64,000 nucleotides of DNA. Source: Dehalococcoidia bacterium. Its GTDB lineage: Bacteria; Chloroflexota; Dehalococcoidia; SZUA-161. The position numbers were made by a program, and so were the translations under genes. Shown here one piece after another: positions 58,712 to 64,000 of this stretch (within the stretch, counting starts at the first letter, position 1; each line of letters starts with the position of its first letter). Where the stretch lies: positions 47,264-111,263 of the forward strand of contig DUEY01000001.1 in assembly GCA_011174795.1 (NCBI GenBank). Direction: 5' to 3'. The notes beneath the pieces were generated by a model. It was not told the DNA's origin. It saw nothing but the letters and a program-made list of their open reading frames with translations, and ran no database searches.

Positions 58712-60787
58712 CTATCCCCTCATTTTAAAGACTATCTCCGATGCCTTTTCCTTGGGTACTTCCTTATAATGACTGAACTCCATTGAATACGTTGCTCTTC
58801 CCTGGCTTATCGACCTCAGGTCAGTGGCATAACCAAAGCTCTCAGCCAGCGGCAAATAACCACGAATTATATGTGTCCAAACCCGCAACTCAACAGCCTC
58901 AACCCTCGCTCGCCTAGCGTTTAGGTCGCTAATTATATCCCCCAAGAACTCTTTAGGAGTAGCTACCTCAAGCTTCATTATCGGTTCAAGCAGTATAGGA
59001 CTGGCCTTCCTTACACCTTCTCTCAGGGCTATCGCCCCTGCCATTCTGAACGCTATATCCGAAGAGTCAACCGGATGATAAGTGCCATCAACAGCGATAG
59101 CACGAACATCTATTATCGGGTACCCGGCGAGCACGCCGCTCTCCATCGCCTCTTTGATACCCTGCTCTATAGCAGGAATAAACTGCTTTGGTATCACCCC
59201 AGCGGAAATTCTGTTTACGAATTCAAAGCCACCGCCTTGTTCCATCGGTTCCAACTCAAGCCAGACATGACCATACTGACCACGACCACCAGTCTGCTTT
59301 ATAAAACTCCCCTCTACGCGTACTGGAGCAGTAATGGTCTCCCGGTAAGCAACCTGTGGCTTACCTATCTTGGAATCTACTTTAAATTCTCGTATTAACC
59401 TGCCAACAATAACATCGAGGTGAAGCTCTCCCATTCCCGATATAATAGTTTGCCCGGTATCATCGTCATAACGACTCTTGAAGGTAGGATCTTCCTCCCC
59501 AATCTTGGTCAAAGCATCGCCAATCCTATCCTGGTCTGCTTTGGTCTTGGGCTCAATGGCCACAGAGATGACCGGCTGTGGGAAACGAATCGTTTCCAGT
59601 ATTATGGGGCTAGTTGAATCACAGAGAGTATCGCCAGTAAAGGTATTCTTCAAACCAACAGCCGCAATAATCTCGCCGCAACTTACATCGCTTACTTCCT
59701 CACGACGGTTGGCATGCATTCTGAGCAATCGCCCCAGTCGCTCCTTACGTTCCCTTGTAGAATTGAAAACCTGAGAGCCCGTACGTACTGTACCTGAATA
59801 TACACGCAGATAGACAAGACGACCAACAAAAGGGTCAGCTACTATCTTAAATGCCAGAGCGGAAAACGGAGCGCTATCGCTGACCTCGCGAGAGCTCTCT
59901 TTACCAGTCCTGGGTTCGATGCCCTTAACTGGAGGTACATCCAGTGGCGAGGGCAGATAGTCGACTATAGCATCAAGCATCGGCTGAATCCCTTTATTGC
60001 CCAGCGCATTGCCACAGAGCACGGGAACTAAACTGGTTGACAGGGTTGCTCGTCTCAATGCTGCTTTGACATCGGCTGAGGTTATGGTATCTCCCTCGAT
60101 ATAGGCATCCATAAGAGCCTCATCATTCTCAGCGACCTGCTCTACTAATTTCTCCCGATAACTGGCAACGTCATCCTCGTACCTCGATGGTATAGGCACT
60201 TCCACAGGTTCCGCGTCATAATCACCGGGGAAAATCCAGGCTTTTCTATCAATAAGGTCAATCACTCCTTGAAATGCTGCCTCAGCGCCCAGAGGTATCT
60301 GCAAGGGCACGGGGTTTGCCCTGAGACGGTCCCTTATCATCTGGATAGTCCTGAAATAGTCAGCGCCAATGCGATCCATCTTGTTAACGAAGCAAATTCG
60401 AGGAACACGATAGCTATCCGCCTGTCGCCAGACAGTTTCCGATTGTGGCTCAACACCAGCAAGAGCATCGAAAACCACTACACCCCCATCAAGGACCCTG
60501 AGGCTCCGTTCCACCTCAGCAGTGAAGTCCACATGGCCCGGGGTATCGATGATGTTTATTCGATGTCCAGACCACTCACAGCTTGTAGCGGCAGCAGTAA
60601 TAGTAATCCCGCGCTCACGCTCCTGCTCCATCCAATCCATCACTGCTGTACCTTCATCCACCTGCCCCACCTTGTAGGTTTTCCCCGTGTGGTGCAGGAT
60701 TTGCTCAGTGACAGTTGTCTTCCCAGCATCGATATGAGCGATGATACCTATATTCCTCACCCGCTCCAAAGGTAACGCTCGTGCCAT
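58712..60787 (-). CDS. fusA: Elongation factor G
   Basis: ATG 60787 after GAAGGAA gives [26 protein letters not shown]1-G4 motifs (DTPGH, NKMD). The tracked start at 60829 adds 14 unlikely residues. Confidence 0.96.
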   Translation of the reverse strand: MARALPLERVRNIGIIAHIDAGKTTVTEQILHHTGKTYKVGQVDEGTAVMDWMEQERERGITITAAATSCEWSGHRINIIDTPGHVDFTAEVERSLRVLDGGVVVFDALAGVEPQSETVWRQADSYRVPRICFVNKMDRIGADYFRTIQMIRDRLRANPVPLQIPLGAEAAFQGVIDLIDRKAWIFPGDYDAEPVEVPIPSRYEDDVASYREKLVEQVAENDEALMDAYIEGDTITSADVKAALRRATLSTSLVPVLCGNALGNKGIQPMLDAIVDYLPSPLDVPPVKGIEPRTGKESSREVSDSAPFSALAFKIVADPFVGRLVYLRVYSGTVRTGSQVFNSTRERKERLGRLLRMHANRREEVSDVSCGEIIAAVGLKNTFTGDTLCDSTSPIILETIRFPQPVISVAIEPKTKADQDRIGDALTKIGEEDPTFKSRYDDDTGQTIISGMGELHLDVIVGRLIREFKVDSKIGKPQVAYRETITAPVRVEGSFIKQTGGRGQYGHVWLELEPMEQGGGFEFVNRISAGVIPKQFIPAIEQGIKEAMESGVLAGYPIIDVRAIAVDGTYHPVDSSDIAFRMAGAIALREGVRKASPILLEPIMKLEVATPKEFLGDIISDLNARRARVEAVELRVWTHIIRGYLPLAESFGYATDLRSISQGRATYSMEFSHYKEVPKEKASEIVFKMRG

Positions 60788-60844
60788 AGCCCGTTCCTTC
60801 TCAGCCAAACAACCTTTCTGTGCTACCAAAATACTAAAACTCCA

Positions 60845-61315
60845 TTACCACCTGTAGTGAACAAAAGCCTTGTTGGCCTCAGCCATACGGTGGGTATCTT
60901 CCCGTTTCTTAATCGTAGTCCCCTGCCCCCGTGAAGCATCTATCAACTCTGCCGCCAGTCGCTCCGGCATAGGCTTGCCCTTGCGCGCCCTCGCCGAATC
61001 CCTCAACCATCGCATTGCCAAAGCAACACGGCGATCTGCTCTAATATCAATTGGCACCTGATACGTTGCGCCACCAACCCTTCTTGGCTTGACTTCAATA
61101 ACAGGGGTTGCGTTCTTCAAAGCCTGCTCGAAGATATCCAAAGGGTTCTTTTTAGTTTCCTTTTCGATTATATCTAGCGCCTCGTATACTATATGCTCCG
61201 CCTTGCTCTTTTTACCATCCAGCATAATTTTGTTGATAAATCGAGCAAGATCCTCGCTATTATATTTAGCATCAGGAGTTATAGCTCTCTTTGTAGCCCG
61301 AGCTCTCCTTGGCAT
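60845..61315 (-). CDS. rpsG: 30S ribosomal protein S7
   Basis: ATG 61315 after GGGAGAG gives [10 protein letters not shown]..., ending ...AFVHYRW. 156 aa. Confidence 0.96.
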   Translation of the reverse strand: MPRRARATKRAITPDAKYNSEDLARFINKIMLDGKKSKAEHIVYEALDIIEKETKKNPLDIFEQALKNATPVIEVKPRRVGGATYQVPIDIRADRRVALAMRWLRDSARARKGKPMPERLAAELIDASRGQGTTIKKREDTHRMAEANKAFVHYRW

Positions 61316-61348
61316 CTTTCTCTCCCTAAAATATCCTTTCAATTAAAG

Positions 61349-61370
61349 GAGCTTCTATAACTAGAAGCTC
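61349..61370 (-). promoter_or_regulatory. Perfect 9-bp stem / 4-nt loop hairpin in the rpsL-rpsG intergenic region
   Basis: gagcttcta-taac-tagaagctc, 34 nt upstream of the rpsG ATG. Candidate translational operator or processing signal. Confidence 0.4.
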
Positions 61371-61406
61371 TAACAGCCATCCGTTAAAAGCTCAAGGCGA
61401 GCCCAC

Positions 61407-61829
61407 TTACAGCCCAGCCTTGGGCTTCTTGGTACCGTAAAGACTGCGACCCTGCCGACGTCCTTCGACACCCTCAGAATCCAGAGCGCCACGGATGATG
61501 TGATAGCGCACACCAGGAAGGTCTTTGACCCTCCCCCCACGAATCAACACTACAGAGTGCTCCTGCAGGCTATGCCCTTCCCCAGGTATATAGGCCGTAA
61601 CTTCCATTCCATTAGTCAACCGTACCCGAGCAATCTTGCGCAACGCAGAATTGGGTTTCTTAGGCGTCACTGTCTTCACCTGAAGACAGACTCCACGTTT
61701 CTGAGGAGAGCCCTTTCCGGCAAGGCTCGTCCCCTTAAGTGTGTTATAAGTATAGCGAAGCGCCGGCGCTTTGACCTTCTTCTTCAGCCGATTACGCCCT
61801 TTTCTAACTAATTGATTAATAGTAGGCAA
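61407..61829 (-). CDS. rpsL: 30S ribosomal protein S12
   Basis: TTG start. (M)[11 protein letters not shown]...[10 protein letters not shown]...[13 protein letters not shown], 140 aa. Confidence 0.97.
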   Translation of the reverse strand: MPTINQLVRKGRNRLKKKVKAPALRYTYNTLKGTSLAGKGSPQKRGVCLQVKTVTPKKPNSALRKIARVRLTNGMEVTAYIPGEGHSLQEHSVVLIRGGRVKDLPGVRYHIIRGALDSEGVEGRRQGRSLYGTKKPKAGL

Positions 61830-61840
61830 TCCTCTCCCTT

Positions 61841-61856
61841 CCTAGAAAGCTCTAGG
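61841..61856 (-). promoter_or_regulatory. Small 5'-UTR hairpin abutting the rpsL Shine-Dalgarno sequence
   Basis: CCTAGA-aagc-TCTAGG (6-bp stem), located between the predicted -10 and the SD (GGAAGGGAGAGGA). Confidence 0.35.
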
Positions 61857-61868
61857 CACTAAATTGCA

Positions 61869-61897
61869 AGTATACTAGAAGCTCTATTCTATGTCAA
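61869..61897 (-). promoter_or_regulatory. Strong sigma-70-type promoter of the rpsL-led ribosomal supercluster
   Basis: On the minus strand: TTGACA (61897-61892), 17-nt spacer, TATACT (61874-61869), about 40 nt upstream of the rpsL start. Confidence 0.6.
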
Positions 61898-62079
61898 GAT
61901 ATTCTAATAAGAGGCGTTTTAGATGTTCTTATGTAAACAGTATTGTTTTTTATGCTGTCGGGTGTTTTCTGCACTTGCAGTTTATCAGCATCATGTGTAT
62001 TGGAGGCGTGATTTAAAGAATCATTAACACCCGAGGTCTGAGGACGAAACAGATGGGGCATTTACATCTATGATATATA

Positions 62080-62112
62080 AGAAGGTTATCTGCATCTTGC
62101 AGATAACCTTCT
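62080..62112 (-). terminator. 15-bp-stem hairpin, probable intrinsic terminator of the upstream membrane-protein gene
   Basis: agaaggttatctgca-tct-tgcagataaccttct, 27 nt after the stop at 62139. Followed on the minus strand by TTATATAT. Confidence 0.6.
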
Positions 62113-62138
62113 ATTATTAAACCGTCTTTATGACGGTG

Positions 62139-62411
62139 TCATCCTGATTTAAGGCACCATCTCTTGGTTCGCCTGTCCAACCATCTGCCACCCTTGATAA
62201 ATGCACAACCAAAGCCAAGAAGAAACAAGAAAGCCACAAAATGCGGTAACCAGCAAGTTCCAATGAGGTTATATATGCTGCCTAATATCGCAATTGACAA
62301 GCCAACAGCTATGAGACCATTACCAGCGAGGATAAAGGTTCTCGCCAATGAGAAGTCTGTTCCCTGATGTACTAAAACCTTCGGCTGCATAATAAATACC
62401 CCGAATCTCAC
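62139..62411 (-). CDS. Small hydrophobic (2-3 TM) hypothetical membrane protein
   Basis: 90 aa ORF (GTG start; ATG 62390 is the alternative) with hydrophobic stretches FILAGNGLIAVGLSIAILGSIY and HFVAFLFLLGFGCAFI. No family recognised. Confidence 0.45.
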   Translation of the reverse strand: MRFGVFIMQPKVLVHQGTDFSLARTFILAGNGLIAVGLSIAILGSIYNLIGTCWLPHFVAFLFLLGFGCAFIKGGRWLDRRTKRWCLKSG

Positions 62412-62416
62412 CTTCT

Positions 62417-62444
62417 ATCATATACCGTACGAGAACCTTTTCAA
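62417..62444 (-). promoter_or_regulatory. Possible promoter of the small membrane-protein gene
   Basis: On the minus strand: TTGAAA (62444-62439), 16-nt spacer, TATGAT (62422-62417). Lies inside the GTAC-rich AT-rich spacer. Confidence 0.3.
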
Positions 62445-62571
62445 TCACTCTTATGTACCTTTATTTATGTTTTATTTTTGTACTTTCGTACACTATTAGT
62501 ACTTGATTTTCAGTATTTAAATTACCTTATGTAGACTATCGTACTGCTTAATTAGCACCATTTAGTACTGT

Positions 62572-62838
62572 TCATTTGCCAATTCTTCGCAGTTCGAAGA
62601 CAACAGGGTTTGTCGGGTCGGGGCAGGCTACAGTAGTCTTGTCAGGGTCGTCCTCCCAAGGGAACGAGCTGCCGAACCGTAAAACCATGGCAAACGGGAA
62701 GACAGTACAAAATGCCCACGAACACATCCCTGCTGGAGTCTTATTATCTATAACAAATTCGTCTCCAATCCCATGCCCGGCGTGACAAGTCCCCTTCTGA
62801 CTTACCACCCTTGCTACCACTTCACATGTCTCTTCCAT
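62572..62838 (-). CDS. TIGR04076-family small Cys-rich protein
   Basis: 88 aa; GGAGGG RBS. GTCHAGHGIGDEF...PAGMCSWAF..FPF...CPDP pattern as I recall it for this family. Confidence 0.65.
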   Translation of the reverse strand: MEETCEVVARVVSQKGTCHAGHGIGDEFVIDNKTPAGMCSWAFCTVFPFAMVLRFGSSFPWEDDPDKTTVACPDPTNPVVFELRRIGK

Positions 62839-62850
62839 ACAAGCCCTCCT

Positions 62851-63093
62851 TTATTGCTCAGTTTCACTATCACCTCTTGGTTCGATTATACGCTTAGCGT
62901 CCTCAGCAAACTCCTGTGGAACCAGTATCCGTACCTCCCCCAAACCATCAACAGTCAGGCCAAAGACTTTACCTGCGCTATCGTATTTCAGCAATACGGG
63001 GATACCCTCGCTCTCCAGATGCGCCTTAATAACACTCGCCTGAAGCTCACCTTGCACCTTACAGACCACAACGAATTTCGACTGTTCACCCAT
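62851..63093 (-). CDS. DUF2007-like (putative signal-transducing, PII-like fold) small protein
   Basis: ATG 63093 after AGGGGA. FVVVCKVQGELQASVIKAHLESEGIPVLLKY...VRILVPQEFAEDAKRII. Confidence 0.55.
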   Translation of the reverse strand: MGEQSKFVVVCKVQGELQASVIKAHLESEGIPVLLKYDSAGKVFGLTVDGLGEVRILVPQEFAEDAKRIIEPRGDSETEQ

Positions 63094-63450
63094 CTCTTCC
63101 CCTTTCATACAGCTTACTTTCATTACGCCAAACGGGTTCTACGTCGAACCTGAAAGCTCATAGATAGTTCTATTTATGACTCCAACAACTGACATCCGCA
63201 AATGGATGGAAAGGGTTCAGTAACAGCCCTGCTTATGGTATTATGAATACCGTTATACACAACTAATCACGAACCGAGAGATGTTGATTTCACGTAATGT
63301 GCTGGGTCGAGCCTCGTGGTTTCTTTTAACCAGAGTCGCTCTGCTCGGCATTTGTTGCGCCATTCCTGCCGGTCTCGGCTTCCTTATTGGCTGGCTTTGC
63401 AGCTAACATCGAGAACGGCCAACGAGAGACGAAATCCAGATACCAGCCAA

Positions 63451-64000
63451 CTACAACCTGTTCGCCTCCCCTGCCGCTATAAGGCCTTCCCTCTCCAACT
63501 CATCTACCATATCACTCAGTTCAAGTTCACCAAGCTTGGCTCGCGTCTGTAGGCCGGTGTCAACATCCCACCCCCTCAGGCGATAATATTCATCTTTGAC
63601 TTCCTCGAATTTCTTTTTATCGAGCATCGCATCCTTCTTGACCACTACCTCGTTACCTTCACCAGGCGAAAGAAATTCAGGGTTATGCAAATCAAACTTC
63701 AAGGGCTTAGTGAAATTATACTCAGAAATCCTGTCGCTCTCCCTCCCTCTATGGCCTTCCCTGGCAAGTATCGCCCTCTGCAGATTAAAAATCCGCTCAC
63801 CTATCTGGTAAAATCCATCCTCATCCATTTCATCGCCGGTAACCGCGGTGAGGAGCTTAGCTTCAATACCAGGGTCGCCGACTTTATCTTCAGTCATCTT
63901 GGAGAACATAATCGGAAACAGGTAGTTACAAAGAATCATACTATCTTCGGCGCAAACACGGTCCTGAATCATTTTAGCTGCCAGAGCTTTGCCCTCGTAC
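63451..64000 (-). CDS. Aldehyde:ferredoxin oxidoreductase family protein, C-terminal part (N-terminus outside window)
   Basis: The frame stays open to the window edge (..YEGKALAAKMIQDRVCAEDSMILCNYLFP...YYRLRGWDVDTGLQTRAKLGELEL). The C-terminal pattern is typical of the AOR family. Confidence 0.7.
   Translation of the reverse strand, partial: YEGKALAAKMIQDRVCAEDSMILCNYLFPIMFSKMTEDKVGDPGIEAKLLTAVTGDEMDEDGFYQIGERIFNLQRAILAREGHRGRESDRISEYNFTKPLKFDLHNPEFLSPGEGNEVVVKKDAMLDKKKFEEVKDEYYRLRGWDVDTGLQTRAKLGELELSDMVDELEREGLIAAGEANRL

Noticed and set aside
62038-62050. CTGAGGACGAAAC, reminiscent of the hammerhead ribozyme core (CUGANGA...GAAA)
   Set aside because: No stem II lies between the CUGANGA and GAAA boxes. 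I found no flanking stems I/III and no cleavage-site triplet, so this is a chance match.
63316-63552. 78-aa plus-strand ORF in the gap after the AOR gene
   Set aside because: The translation is Arg/Ser/Leu-rich, there is no RBS, and it overlaps the 3' end of the AOR gene in antisense. Likely spurious.

Overview
This 64 kb window is a gene-dense, housekeeping-type chromosomal segment. I support about 85 CDS. Reading by eye, I found no rRNA, tRNA, CRISPR array, transposase or integrase.

The right third (41.9-61.9 kb, minus strand) is one uninterrupted ribosomal-protein supercluster: rpsL-rpsG-fusA, then S10, spc and alpha operon genes, then truA-rplM-rpsI. It includes rpmJ, which the ORF track missed. 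There is no tuf gene after fusA.

The left two thirds encode C1, methionine and SAM metabolism:
- MetV/MetF.
- An hpt-ade-methyltransferase-mtnA-mtnP block.
- A short 'core-MetE-like' methionine synthase.
- ahcY and metK.

Other content in the left two thirds:
- A split methylmalonyl-CoA mutase with an epimerase.
- yebC-ruvC-ruvA and gyrA.
- A GDP-mannose supply module.
- Several poorly characterised loci.

Gene content suggests an anaerobic Chloroflexota (Dehalococcoidia-like) organism. The basis is archaeal-type enzymes, MetV/MetF, a core-MetE-like protein and frequent TTG/GTG starts. This is inference only and cannot be verified without a database search.

Loci most worth a second look:
1. 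A four-gene thiolase / DUF35 / HMG-CoA-synthase-like cluster (18.3-22.7 kb). The synthase-like subunit seems to have lost all three catalytic residues and is fused to its own DUF35 module.
2. A comB-DUF89-Memo-DUF167-orphan operon (34.4-38.1 kb). Its Memo-like protein carries a PqqD/RRE-like N-terminal extension.
3. A tandem-receiver response regulator with no output domain but a poly-basic tail.
4. Repeated short DNA motifs: a CTAGA-AGC-TCTAG motif in the str-operon leader, and a GTAC-dense intergenic region.

All function calls come from motif recognition by eye. No searches or computations were run.
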